Source of the DNA: Catajapyx aquilonaris
Taxonomy: Eukaryota
Length of the DNA stretch: 64,000 nucleotides
Assembly (NCBI GenBank): GCA_000934665.2
Contig: KZ538178.1
Coordinates: 1 to 64,000 of the forward strand
Reading direction: 5' to 3'
Part shown: piece by piece, positions 15,584 to 29,000 of the stretch
How positions within the stretch are numbered: the stretch's first letter is position 1
How the letters are laid out: each line of letters opens with the position of its first letter
Notes under the pieces: model-generated
What the model saw: the letters and a program-made list of their open reading frames with translations, nothing else
Databases searched by the model: none
What the model was told of the DNA's origin: nothing
Program-made: the position numbers and the translations under genes

Positions 15584-18500
15584 TCAGTCCCTGAGGTCAG
15601 TCCTGAGTGACCTGAAGAGGGCCCGCGCAGATTGGTCTGCGGTGTCGAAGTGGGCGTCGAGGGCGCCCCCTCGTCCGTCGTCGCTGGCGTCGTCCACGGA
15701 TGAGGGCACCTCCATTAGGGCTGGAAGCAGCGGTGGAGTCGGAAGGGTGCTGTGCTGAGGCTGGTAGACGCTGCTGGGGGTCATCATGGTCACCACCATC
15801 CTCTTCTGCTGCTGCTGTCCGGGTCGCAGGGGGAAGGGCCCGGGGTCAGAGGGCGCTGCCCCCATCATGACCTTCTCCTCCATCCCTCCCCTCCTCCTCC
15901 TCCTGTGCAGGTAGATGCAGAGGAGGCAGACGGACACCACGCACACCTGGAAGAGCGTGCCGGCCACGATGGCGGCCACCAGTACCTCTCGGGTCGTGCA
16001 GAAAAGGTCATCCAGCTCCCGAAGGCCTGTTGTATATGCAAATAGGGTACGAGTGACAAAGTGGGCTTGGAGGGAGCGGGACGAGAGGAGGAGACTCACT
16101 GGTGACGTCGTGGTGAGACACACCTCCGTTGGGCAGGTCAGCCAGGACCACCACATCGTTTACTATTATCTCCTTCTGAAGTGGGGTCTCTCCGTACACC
16201 ACCTGCTGGAAATTACCTGGCTCGTCCTCCTCCTCCTCCTCATCGACATTGGAGGTGACGTTGGAGGAAATCTCTCGACGTCGACGCCTACCGTACGAGT
16301 CCCCAAAATCACACCTGGCCTGCAAACAGGAATGGGAAATAGGAAGAGGAGAAGAAAGAAGGCTTTACATTATGGATGTGACGGTCCATTGCAACTGGAT
16401 CAATGCAGGCCTACCACCATCCTGCATCACCCATTTCACTTCACATCAATCAATCAATCAGTACCAATTAAACTGTCAAAGCCTTGGGAAATTAGTGCAT
16501 TGTATATTCTTCATGCATATTGCCGGTGGATTACGAGTAAAAGAGAATCCTGGCTCCATCGTCTGGGCGTCGTCGGGAGTACGCATACCGTGTGCACCTC
16601 GTATGTAACAACAAGTACACTATACGTACGTACCGGGAGGCAGTCCTGGAGGCAGAACTGGACGTCGAGCTGGAACCTGACGACGGCGTCGTCGGAGAAT
16701 CGGAAGGCCTCGAAGGATCCTTCGAGGCTCTTGGTCCCAGGGATCTGGACCAGCCCTGGGAAGACCGACGGGTCGGTGGGGCAGCCCCTCTGATCCAAAA
16801 GGGTCACCGACTCAGTGTTGGCTCCACTTCGGGCCACCAGGTTGCGGGCGAAGATGCCGTAGATGCCTGGATGATGAGGGATGGTGGGGGGTCACATAAT
16901 AAAATGATTGTGCTGCTGCTGGGTCGATTGACTCACTCTCGTCGTCGATCTCGATCCTGAGCAGCAAGGGCTGCCCCAGGGTGGCCCCCACCACCTCCAC
17001 CCCGCTCCTGTCCAGGATGCGCATCCGGATGTTGGGCGCCGCAGCCGTCGAGTTCACCACCGACGTCGGGATCTCAGCCCTTCCCGCACTTCATTACAAT
17101 CAAACAATGCAAACGTTACAGCCTGTGGTGTATCATACGAGTACTATACACAGCAGCAAGGATATATACTCACTCGACGACGAAGCTGAGGCTGCTGGTG
17201 AGTGTCCGGTTGGAGAGGTCGAACCTGCAGACCAGCCGAATGGCCTTGTCTCCTTTCCTCTGGACCACGGGGTGATGCTGGACCACCACCTATACACACG
17301 GACAAGGGTATATAATGAGCAAGAAGCAGGGGCCTTCTCCGGCTGACTCTGACCTGGTTTGTGTAGACGGCGTTTGGTTCCTCCTCGACACCCCCGCAGG
17401 CCCCGAGCAGGGGCAGCCTGAACTCCGTCTCGGAGTGACCCGTGCCCCTGGTCACGCACTCTGGCCTGCTCTGCGCGTATATCCGACCCAGGAATGGCTC
17501 CTTGGTGTGCAGCCGGAGGAGCATGCTGTCCTTGTTGCAACGGAGTTGAGCTAAACGGACCGTCGATCGTCGGGACAGAGGAAGAGTGCGTGGAAATGTG
17601 TCTCAAGCTATATAAAAAAAAGTTGCAACTGCTGGAATGGTTTTCATACCGTCCAGGCAGAGGTCCTTTTGCCCAAAGTAGCTTCCGGCCCGCCTGAAGA
17701 GTGCAGACCCCTGGATGCTGGTGACGTCGGCGCCGCTCAGCTGGCACTGCGACGCCGAAGGAATCCAGACGAAAGACCGGCAACGGAACGTCGGAGTCTC
17801 CTCGCATATGGCCTGGCACTTGATCCGATAAAAGGCAAGATTCACCAGTGTCAATTAGTAAAATGCTAAACTTAGAAGAGGTGACTGGTGGGGATTGCAC
17901 TGACCTCTTCCTGCGACCTGGCAGTCAGCTGCAGGTCCACGTAGGCGAACTCGTGGTCGTTGACTATTTCGTAGTCGCACGAGGAAGGCACGTCATCTGA
18001 TGAGCATTTGGAGGCAAAATGTGTGTAATTTATATCCCGTGGCTACGCAACCAGCATATCACTCCAGCAGTGTGAAGAGGTGGTTTCTTTTCCCACCCAC
18101 CCAGCACCCTTCCCATAATAATAACCAGAGTCGATTGTCATCAAGTATATCGTACCCGTGGCGCACTGGTTCTCCATGTAGTCTACATCAGGGGTGGTGG
18201 GCCTGAAGGCCAAAGGCTTGGACCTCCTGGTCTCCCTGCTCATCCTGCAGACCCCTCCCCCTGCGGACCAGAACTCTGCGGACCTGCAAGGGAGGCTCCT
18301 CTCCTGCAGGCACATCTCCTGGCACCTCTTCCTGCTCCCGATCCCCTGGACAATGAGGTCGTCGTGTCCCGCCAGCTCGTGTCCAGGAACCCTCTCGAAG
18401 GTCCAGGCCTTCCCGCACCCAGGGGCCCTCAGGCAGATCCTCTCGTAGTAGCTGGTCCTGCCAGGGGCCGGAACCAGCTGGTCCTCAGCACGGCCACTGC

Positions 18501-18976
18501 TGGAGCTGGTGCTGAATCGGAAGCAAGCGGACCTGTCGTAGTGGACCAGGAAGGCCGCGCAGCTCTGGGACGACCGACACCTGCTCGACACACACACACA
18601 GTTCGCAACTTATATATCGGGACCATTTAACGAGACAATGTCGCAATAATGATAGAGAGATGGCTCGAATGTAGTGAATGAGAGAGAGAGAGAGAGAAAC
18701 GGGACCTGTTGTTGCATTCTGCGGTGACGGGGCTTCCGACTGCGGAGTAGAGCGGGAACCGATGAGATGCGTGCGGAGATAACCCATTCACACGCTCGAA
18801 GCTCTCTGTACCGTCGCAACCTTGGCCTACACACACACCCGACAAAATTAGTGCACCGAGCAGCTTATATAGGGACATGGATCAGCAACTGCATTACCTG
18901 AGACGACGCTCCTGGTGCCGATGGTGGACATCCACAGCATGCAGATCAGTCCGCACCACATCAGGTCCATCATCAT
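15584..18976 (-). CDS. Type I membrane apical-ECM protein: signal peptide, 3 PAN/apple domains, ZP domain, furin site and TM helix (trynity/neyo/nompA/cuticlin-like family). Exons: 18898-18976, 18706-18826, 18156-18580, 17905-17996, 17650-17818, 17354-17550, 17174-17289, 16937-17088, 16634-16866, 16100-16319, 15584-16026 (~748 aa)
   Basis: Has an N-terminal hydrophobic leader, PAN-type motifs (CQEMCLQERSLPCRSAEF; CQAICEETPTFRCRSF), ZP motifs (LLDQRGCPTDPSVF; FEAFRFSDDAVVRFQLDVQFC), an RRRRR furin site, and a TM segment VLVAAIVAGTLFQVCVVSVCLLCIYL followed by basic residues. Eleven GT-AG-bounded exons join in frame (2247 nt). The exact orthologue cannot be assigned by eye. Confidence 0.88.
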
Positions 18977-21592
18977 CCCTGATGCGACGGGTTGGCTCAC
19001 CAGGTGCAGACTGACGGGATTCTCGATCTGCCAGGTCAAGTAATAGGTATCATATCGCATCATCTCCAAATGCAAACCAAAAAAAAATTGGAGAGAGAGA
19101 GAGAGAGAGAGAGAGAAAAAAAAATAGCAGATGGGGTAAGGCAGGGTGGCAGTTCCGGGCCCCTTGTGTTTGGAGACGATTCAACCGAGACACATTGACC
19201 TTGGCTCGGGTGATAGGAAAACCCCTCGCATAAATCCACCAGCAGAAGATGATGGTGGTGCCAGTCACACCTCCGTCGTTCCCTCTGCAAATAATCCTCC
19301 CTCGCCCAGAAGAGAATGCATCTTTCCTTATGGACCTATACAAGAGTGTGGTGGGCACGCGGTCGGAACAATGAGCGATCACAATCTGCGGTAATTGCAG
19401 GGGTTGCCTTGATCGGAGTCTGCCTCGCGTATTACGCACAGGAAATTATTGACTGGGGAAGGGGGGGATGCCCGTCATTTAATCCACCCACCACCTTTAT
19501 TTTTTTTTTTCATTTTAAAAAAAAAAGGTGGGGAGGGAATCCTTGAAGAGACGTTAAGGAAGAGGAAACACGCGCCTCCGATCCGCTTTGTACTCTCCTC
19601 AACCAAACATTATTATAATATGACGGCCAAGGGAAATCGAAATGGAAAAAGGGAGGGAGAAATGATTTACTGGTGGTGCTCGCAACACCAGCACATCGTT
19701 ACAGGGTGGTGGTGGACCTTACAATTCTATACATGATAATAATAGATGGAGAAGATTCGCGAGTTTGGAAGAGAAACAAACAACGAAACATGATTGCTGC
19801 TATTACATCCAACCAACAATCTGGGACCGTGCTGGTCATGCTGCTGGGGGCTATGGACCACCCTGTCTGACGCATGCAGTGCACTCCCCGTCTCGCCCCT
19901 GTTGCTTCTGTCTTCCACGACTAATTAACCCGTTCATCAGCGGCACCAGATCTGCCTGTCCATTAATCAGCGCCGTGCACCATCACGCGTGTTTTTACCG
20001 GGACTCGGACCAAAAATAATTGTTGCGCCATCCAAATATGTGCGCGTCTCAGAACCTCCTGGCCATACATGCTCCGTACACATGCGTCGTGTACTGTACA
20101 GCACGTACGGGAGGGAGGCAGGGAGGCGGAATGGAGTCAGCAAAACTTTTCCTTTCATAGTAAGACAAAAGCGTAAAAATTGGGCCGTCCCGCTCTACTG
20201 GCAACAGAGTTATGGGGTCTTTGAAAAACCTGATGAGGGCTCGGAGCCATGAGAAAGACTATATGGAAGCCAGCAGACACATATAAATACTGGTATACAC
20301 ACACTTAATTAATTGCAATGTGATTTTACACTCCAATGCGAATGAAACATCGATGGATGCCCCCTGCTGTGCTGATGAGAATCGGGCGACTCTTCTTCCC
20401 TGATGTGTCGCGACGTCTGATGCCAATTGCAGTGCGCGACGGATGGCGCAATGATTACCTTCCTTGCGTCCACTCAGGATGGCCCAGGCATTACTGATGC
20501 TGATGGGACGAGTCTGACCGGCGGCGCACGTGCTGTACCACACTCACGCAGCAGCCGTCACAGATGATGATGTCTCTCTCTCTCTGTCGCGCACAAGAAA
20601 GGACACTCTCCCAATATATAAAGTGGCCCCCGTCCACCCCACCAACCAACCACCCACCCACCCAAACAAGAAGGTAAAAGCAAGAATATAATATACGCAT
20701 ATGCAGACAGGGGAGGGTGACCCATCCATGCGTGGAAACGAGTCTATGTCATAAACACACACACCACTTTCATTTCTTTTGTCCGACCACCTCTCCTCCT
20801 ACTCTCCTTTGCCTTATTGACCCTCTAAGCACAGCACACACCCAACACAAGTGCCATGTATGCCATACCACACATCCCTTGCGCCCAACTGTGATGCTGG
20901 TTGGTGCACCCCGATCAGTGCTTGGTCCTCCACTGGGTGCTGGTTATAGGACCCGGGCCTCCCGAAATCGTGCACGCGCTCTATTGCGTCAAATTCGCGC
21001 CTGACTGCCCGCAAAACCTGACTCCACACTCCTTCATACTTCAATGCAGTTGCACCACTTTTGTATATCTCGCTTGGATTTATTACTGTCCCACGCCAGC
21101 ATTTGACAGCTAAGGACGGGACCAGCCAAGGGAGCCATGGACCATCCAGGCGGCCTTCACTTCCCGGGCATCATGTAAAGGAGTGGAAAAAACAAAAAAA
21201 GAGGAGAAAACGAGCTGGTTCCTGGTGATGACATCCTCCCTGCCAAGACCCCCTCAGCCATGTCCGTCCCATTGAGTATTCTATTATCCACACTCAATGT
21301 CTCGCATCCCTCTCTTTCACCTTCCCCAGATATATCCAAACTCCTTCCCTTGGTCGTGCTGTTGGCCGTGACATACTGGTCGGTGCCAAGGTGCAAGGCC
21401 ACCGGAACATCTCGGCACTGTCAAAAAATCTGGACGCTTGGTACACGTGGCTGTAACAGATATCGTTTATTCTGGAAATGAAAATTTCACACGTCACCTG
21501 TTGGATGCAATAAAAGACGCTGGAGAAAAATGTGATTGTATATTTTATTTATACAACACACATGCCTCAGTACAAGTCAGAAAATTGGGTTT

Positions 21593-21632
21593 GGGGGGGG
21601 GGGGGGGGGGGGNNNNNNGGGGGGGGGGGGGG
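21593..21632. other. Poly-G run containing an assembly gap (NNNNNN)
   Basis: Read directly; the true length is uncertain. Confidence 0.95.
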
Positions 21633-24389
21633 AGAAAAAAACAATTCAGTTACTTTTCTTCTGTACACTTCACATCTGTTGACATCCATTGTAATTATTA
21701 TTTTTTCCCTAAGTTTGAAACATCAGCAATATATTTTGTTTTTACCGAATTCAAATTGCATTCAAATTCCTACACCTTTGAGAAGCGCTCATCTCTTTCT
21801 CTCTCATTCTCACACATTGCTTCGTCCTTTCACATCTGGAGGAACCTCTTCATTATTACGGCCTCCAATTCTAAGTACATACACTTTTGCAAAATAAAGA
21901 GCCTCTACAAATATTGTATGATTCAATAATGTCCCCAGTTGTTGCACATCATGCAAAAAAAAAAGAAAGAAAAAAAAACAATTAGCACTCTTTGAGATGA
22001 GCGTCTCTACGCCACGATTTCAACTCCTGAAATGACTCTACAAATTGTGGTTTGTACTTTTCATACGACTCGGCACCAGCTCTACGTAAGGTACAAGGAT
22101 ACAAGCGCATTGGCCAATCGACGTCTAATGCCTCTTTTTTTTTCTCTCGCTACTTTTTGAAAATGGAATGTAGGATCGGGGTTGGGGCTCACAAGGTTTT
22201 TTTTTTTTTTTGTCCTTTCCACTTTTGCAGGGAACATTTGACAATCACGGTTCCAGTTGCGCCAATTGCTCTGCAGGACATACGTAGTACTCATTCGGAT
22301 GATGGCCACACCAGTTTCCATTAATCCAAGTGTTATCAACATTACAGGGGAGAATGGGTTGTTGGACCTAACCTAAATTTCCTCGCATTTTTACTATAAA
22401 CTTGTATAAAAAACCTTTGCCAGCTTAAGAAACGATCATATGAACAATTTGGGTTTCTGGCCAGTTATTGTTATTTTTACAACCTGGGGCTGAGGGAGGG
22501 GTAAAGTGTTTCCACAAAATGACCATTTAACTTGCAACCATAAAAATTCACCATTATGTACACAAGAATAAACCTGACACTTTTTTCTTTTTCTTTTGGT
22601 TTCTTGTAATAATTGTATAAAGTCCAGAAATGCAGCCAGACCAGAAGGTGGGGGATGGGAGTGATGGGGTCAACCTTAAGAGCTATCGAATCGACTCTGC
22701 TAACTACAGGGAGGGATAGAAATATTGCCACTACTGCACTTTTTTTTCAGGGTACGCCCTACATAAATTTCCATGTCAAACGGTGGGGTCGAGTGCTGTC
22801 AGTCCTACCTCATTCAAATGAGAAAAAAAAATTATTACTGGTTAGTAAACATGGTCTGAATTGTCACGTGACTGGAAATGAGATCGCCGCAAATTTCTCG
22901 CGCACTGCCCAAGTTACAACTGTGGTGCTAAACCAGTACATGCAGCTGAGAGGCCAAACTATTGCACCACTCATAAAGAAACATGTTCGAAAAACTAATC
23001 ACTCACAAAACCAAGTGCGGATAAACCTGTAGTGCTTTTTCTCGCGCGCTTTGTTTTTTTAAATATTTTATTTTAAGGATTACGAACCCAACGTAAACTG
23101 TTGCCATTACTTATCATTCTTATTCTTTGTCGGGTGCAAATTCAGTCTTGGTTTGTGCAGAGTAAACAACACTGGACTAAGTTTCTTTCTACGGATGATT
23201 TGTACATGATCTTTGCGCTTGCCCACGAAAAAAGAAAACAACCTTCCACGTTCCTTCGAGCAATCGGAAAGCAGGGAATTTCTCTCGACCCACCCACACA
23301 CCTGCTTTGATGTGCATTAAAAACAGGACTAAAAAATTACACTGAATTACAGTTTGGACAAATTTTTTAAGACTCCACAAATATGCTACACTAAATCCTG
23401 ACAGTTTCGAATGGATTTTGGTCCCTTCAGCCTACTTGATTTTTGCAGGTTTGAGTGGAATCCTCACTTACTGTAATTTTCCCCGGGTTTGTGACCAACC
23501 GCAACTCTCTTACTTTTCCTAATCAAATCTATGTGCAAAATTGTCATGAACTATCAGTTGAAAAGGCACTTGGTATACTGTCTCTTTTTTTCCTTTCTCT
23601 TTCTTCCTTGCTGCTCTCCAAAAACTCCTAACCTGACGAAACTACACGGATTCTAAACATCACGACTGAACGTGGGAGGAGGCGGGAAAGGTTGGCTTGA
23701 TCAGGTCTGTCATTTGATTTTCATTGGCACCACTTCTGCTGCACTCACACGTGGTGGGAAACAAAGGTCGTTGCGCAAACACATTTCTTTTTAGCTTCCA
23801 CCCAAACTTATTGGAAGGAAAAGGCATGCCAAGAAACGATGCGTAGAAAATTAATTCCCAAAAGTGGTCATCCCCACACTTCCATTCTACAGACTTCACT
23901 CTAGTAAATGCTGCATAATGCCCTTAAATTATTTCTTAAAGTTCCTGTATAACTGAAGACCGTGAAGTACATGCATGGCTGCGACCATTTATAATCTAGC
24001 TGGAGCTAAGTGGCTATAAAACAGGCCTAACACAAAGCGATAACTACCCTTCTGAAACCTGCCTCCCACCAGAAAGCCTTGGCCAAGTGATGCCCCCACA
24101 AGCCATTTCATCGGATGAGAGGCATTCAGCAATGCAAACAGCTAGTCAAAAACTTGTCCTCTGGACAGATCATAACATGTGCCCATGTAACTTGGGGAAG
24201 ATCGACTTCTTCACCTGACAGCGCAAAGTTCTTTCAGACAAGAGCAGAGGGAGAGAGGCACTGATTCAAATCAATGGGGATCCAAGCCCAATTCCACACC
24301 AAACTCGATCCTGATTTCCTCTTACATCACTGATCACATTTCACCTGCTTCACGTGTGGGAGAAGCAAGCCAAACATGAGAGCTGGAAG

Positions 24390-24505
24390 AGTGAAATCCC
24401 CACCAGTAAGGGCCAGTTGGAATTGAACCAGCCGCCACAATGCTTTGGAACAGAATGCCATCATCTCCCTTCGCAGTTAACCTGACACTGAGCTGCCAGG
24501 AGCCG
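24390..24505 (-). mobile_element. Possible tRNA-derived SINE head
   Basis: Minus strand has an A-box-like TGGCAGCTCAGTG (24486-24498) and a B-box GGTTCAATTCC (24419-24429). No convincing cloverleaf. Confidence 0.3.
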
Positions 24506-26082
24506 AAACAGACCTGCATTTTACATGGATTCAGTTATGAACTGACACATACAAGTCCTCTCCTCTCTGGAAGCATAAGTTTGGTACCGGTTTTTCCACT
24601 CACCAATGCAGGTCAGGTGTAAATGACTTGGCTTACATTTTGTAGCAGAAAAATCAGGCAATGTCTAACAGTCCTGGCAAAACAGCAGCAGTGCTTGAGC
24701 AACTGGTGGCCAACAACATGCCAATGGAATTACGGTTCAACCAGACCTTATTTGCATTTGACATCGCAGACACACTCTAAACTGGTTAAATGCAGGAGAA
24801 ACATGCTCATCTGGCAAAGAGAAAACAAACGGAAGTGTGGAGATTCCCAAACAAAAGGAATATCAACAAACTGCTTTTCCAAACAAACAAACAAAAAACC
24901 CCCCCAGAAAAAAACCCGCCTAATTTGGGCTAAAATTGCTCATTAACACTGAGGACCTCAAATGTCTCAAATGTAGAGTAAAAGGAACTGCGTTTGATTT
25001 GCTGAATGGAAACAAATGGAAAGAAAGAAGCTGCATATTGAGTCAATGTTTTGGAGGTCCATCAGTGCTAACAATATTGAAATGTTATGATCCGAGGAAG
25101 TCTTGCGCCATGTACTTAATAAAAAAAAAAAAGTAAACAAGTCCATCATGCCCTCCCCTAATAACAAAGGGACAAAAATCAGGATAATTAATTGAATGCC
25201 TTTGCCTGAAGGCATTAAGGGGAAACCTCATAAGCGTATGGTCAGGTGGACGAGGGCAGGCCATCTTGTGGATTTAAAAAACATGATAGCATCAGGGTGT
25301 AGCATCAATCTCTTACAAAGTTATTTTTTGGGAGGGGGGGTCACACAAATTATTATATAAAAAAAACAACACCTGGGACACAACAGCTGAAATAAAGGCT
25401 TATAAAATTCAATCCTTTTAAACTTCACTCACACATACACATTTTTGGGGACTTAGGGGGGGAGGGGGGGAACAGTCCTGACTATAAATGTATAAAAAAT
25501 GGAGAGGTGTAAACCAACAAATTCAACAAGTTTTTTTTTGGGCATCTCACTTGATTAGATTAAGGAAAAAAAATTGAACTATGTCCAGTCACTGTCCACT
25601 TCCCTATTATTATTATTTTTTTTGCAAGCGAGGTCTGCACAGTAAGGAAGGGGGGAGAGGAACAAAAATTCTTCCTCCCCTACTGACCCCCACAAAATAA
25701 ATCTAGCTGCTCTTTGTAAAAAAGCAATCCTGGATTCCAAAAAGGATTATTGTAAAAAAATGCGTCCCAGAAATGAAGAGAGCTTGCCAGAGGGACGGAC
25801 ACCTTTTCTGGGGGAGACTTACTATTTGGCAACAAGATGTGGAAACATAATGTTAGCCAGGTGCCATGCTTCTCGCACAAAAAACGAACAGACGGCACTT
25901 TTTTGGGGGGGATGGGGAGGCACAAGAGGGGATGGGGGAAATTAGGAAATTCAGTAAACATTGATCAATGTACATTTGCCCCCTCCATGCAAACTCAATA
26001 AGCGGTCACTCACGGCCCACATCAGTTGAACCATGTGGACACAATTGTTGCCAGTTTCCTACCGAGTGAGCAGGACCCAAGA

Positions 26083-29000
26083 TCAGATCCCCTCGACTTT
26101 GGTGACCACAGGTGCCAGGTGCTGTCTCTTGACCAGCTTCACAGTCCGGCCTGATGCTACTGACCTGTCGTTGTTGTTGTCCAAAAGCGTCGCTGTGGTG
26201 TACAGGTAGTTGCCCTGGATCGTAGATGTGGGGAGGGTCGCAAACTCGACAGTCCCAGACGCAGACAGAGTGACTGGGAGGGTGGTGATGTCAGAGGTTA
26301 TGTTGACCCCGAGGTCCAGCCGATCCTCACCCAAGTCCTCGTATACTCCATTTACCTAAATGCAAGCAAGACATCAGTCCATAACAAGGCTCGATGCAGG
26401 TCAATGAAGAATGCAATGTTCTCGTGCACTGGGATGCAGCCCATGTTGCATGCAAGAACCACATTCTACACAGCTTCAAATGAGCTACAAGGCAATAAAA
26501 ATTACTATGTACTCACCACCTGGTAGGAGCCTTCGTCATCGTCTTCAACATGCATGTGAAGGTCAGCAAGATTTCCCCCTTGCATAGCGCTGAACTGCTC
26601 TAGGCTGATGTACTCAGATGGCTCTGTCTTTATATGAGCAGTGGCAGGGATCTGGCAGGGAGGAGACGGGTCAGTAGGAGTGGTGGGTGGCTCACACTTG
26701 ATGTGAACTGTAGGGATTGATTCAGACGAGGAGGAGGACGACGACGACGACGACGACGAGCTGGATAAGGACGAGGACAAGGTTCCGTTGGTGGATGCCG
26801 AGGCAATGGACACTATGCATGGACCAGGTTGAAGGTTGCTGCTTCCGTTGACTGTTGAACTACAAAAGTGCGATGCCTGATGCAGGGTTGTGGAGGAAGT
26901 GGGGGGGACATTGGGTCCCCCGACTTCCAGGTCCTCGTCTTCACTCTCATCACACGAAACATTCAGGTTCACCTCACGCTTCATCTCTCCGCGCTCCAGC
27001 ATCTCCAGGTTGTCTACAACAAGTGAACCCAGCAGTTACTCACTGACCCTAATTCTGTCTAAACTCTACAGCATGCCTCATGACTCGGAGATTGGAGCAA
27101 ATAATAACTTCAATGCAAATGAAGGGCCAGTATCAGATTGGGAATCAACTAATATGAACTTCACAAGACCTTGGACTGTTTCTCTGGACAGACCAACGAA
27201 TTCAACCAAACCTTGTATTATTTCTGGGATGGACAGACTGTACAATACAAATCAGTAGGGAGTGGCACAAAGCTTCAATACACTTCAGAACGGTTGCACA
27301 TGCAAGGAGATCAATCGAGTGAGGTGAAATATTCCTACCTGGGCAGGCCATGGCCTTCCTGATGGCTGATGGATCCTTCCTGGACCACTTCTGCACCTCT
27401 TCGTCCATCTTGGACACCTTGGCTGGATTCATGGCCCACAGGCATCCCTTCCTCTGGCTCCCGTTCCCCGCAGGCTTCTCAATCTTCTCAAAGCACTTGT
27501 TAAGGCTCAGGTTGTGCCGCACAGAGTTCTTCCATCCGTTGGGTGCTGTCTTGAAGTACGGGAAGTGCTCACTGTTGGAGGAAGAAGGCACGCGATTAGA
27601 GCACTGCAATATGTAGGTAGTAGTGCTTAGGCGGTACACTTACAACCCGATGATGACTGATGTATGTAGGGGGGAGGGGGGGGGGCTAGAGGCTAGAGGC
27701 AGCCTCCCCCCCCCTCCCCCCAACTATTCCTTCCTTTGAAGGAGGAGGAGGTCCACTCCTCTCAAACACTGATCGCGAACTGAAGCCAAACGAAGGCAAA
27801 TCTGTGGCTTTCAAACCCTGCGAGCATCCCCCCCTCTGGTGACGTCCACATATTGCATAAAAGGGTCTCTCTCCCCCCATCCCCACCTGGCCACCCCAAC
27901 CCCCACCCGGTGATACAATTCATTCTATTGCTTCCTTCCTTCCTCTCCCTGGAAATAAAACTGGCCAGACCAGTTACCTCCCACCTGGACCCGGCAGATT
28001 TTTCTAATCTGGAAGAGCAGACCGTTAACCGTCCATCAACGGATTTTTAACGCAACAAAAGTGCAGGGGGAGGTCGGAAGTGGGAGGGGTGGATGGAAGG
28101 GGTGGTTAAATCCCCCCTCCCCACCTTATTCATCCTGCCCTCTTTTTTTTTCCGTCTCTTATTTCCACCCCCTGGCCATCCTAATGGTCTCGTGCCCTTG
28201 CACGTGGCCCAGAAAACAAGGCCAACAAAGTACACACCCACCCCCGTATACAGAATGGTCTTGATTGACCACCACCCCTCACAACCACAGGATCGATCAA
28301 ATAATTGCAAATCATGCCTGGTACATCATCAGCCTTTGGATTATTTTTTTTAAAAATGTTTCCTTTTTTTACCATCGAGTGTACAGCACCTGGAAACCCC
28401 CTCGAAAGAGACGGTTACAAACCCCCATCGAGCGAGGAGGGCTCTTTTACCAGATTCGTTTTTAACCACCACTTCCCCCTCCCCACCTCCCCTCCTTTTC
28501 CTTTAAACTCCGCTTTTCCCACGGCTTTGTGAAAGGAGGAGCCCGTTTTCTCATCGCTCAACACACAAAACGTACTCCCCCCTTTTTTTTAAAACAGGGA
28601 GAAGGGGGGTGAAGCAGTTTTGAATCTTCACCGTTGGACCCAGACTAATTAAGCCTGGAACCCACAGTTGGCTAATAAGTATCCCCACACGTACGGTCCC
28701 AGTCTCTTTAAATCGAGATCTACTTATTATTCTCAACCGCCATTTAAAAAGTACGCTTTGCACCGGATTGCAATTTAAATTGTCCTTAGTTAAGACACTT
28801 CCCGGACTATAAGCGGCTCGCTATTCATCGGCTAATATTCGAGGTACAAAACTAATATTACTTCCCAAAAGTAGGTAGAATGTGGACCATTGCTACCAGC
28901 TGGTAAAACCCGTGACCTCTAATGGATCATCAGTTCTTTTCAATTCCCGAGCCCCAGACAATGCTTCCATCCAACAAAACGTAATTCTTCAAAAATAATC

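Noticed and set aside
15915..16793. 292-aa plus-strand ORF
   Set aside because: Antisense shadow of the PAN/ZP gene with no domain signal.
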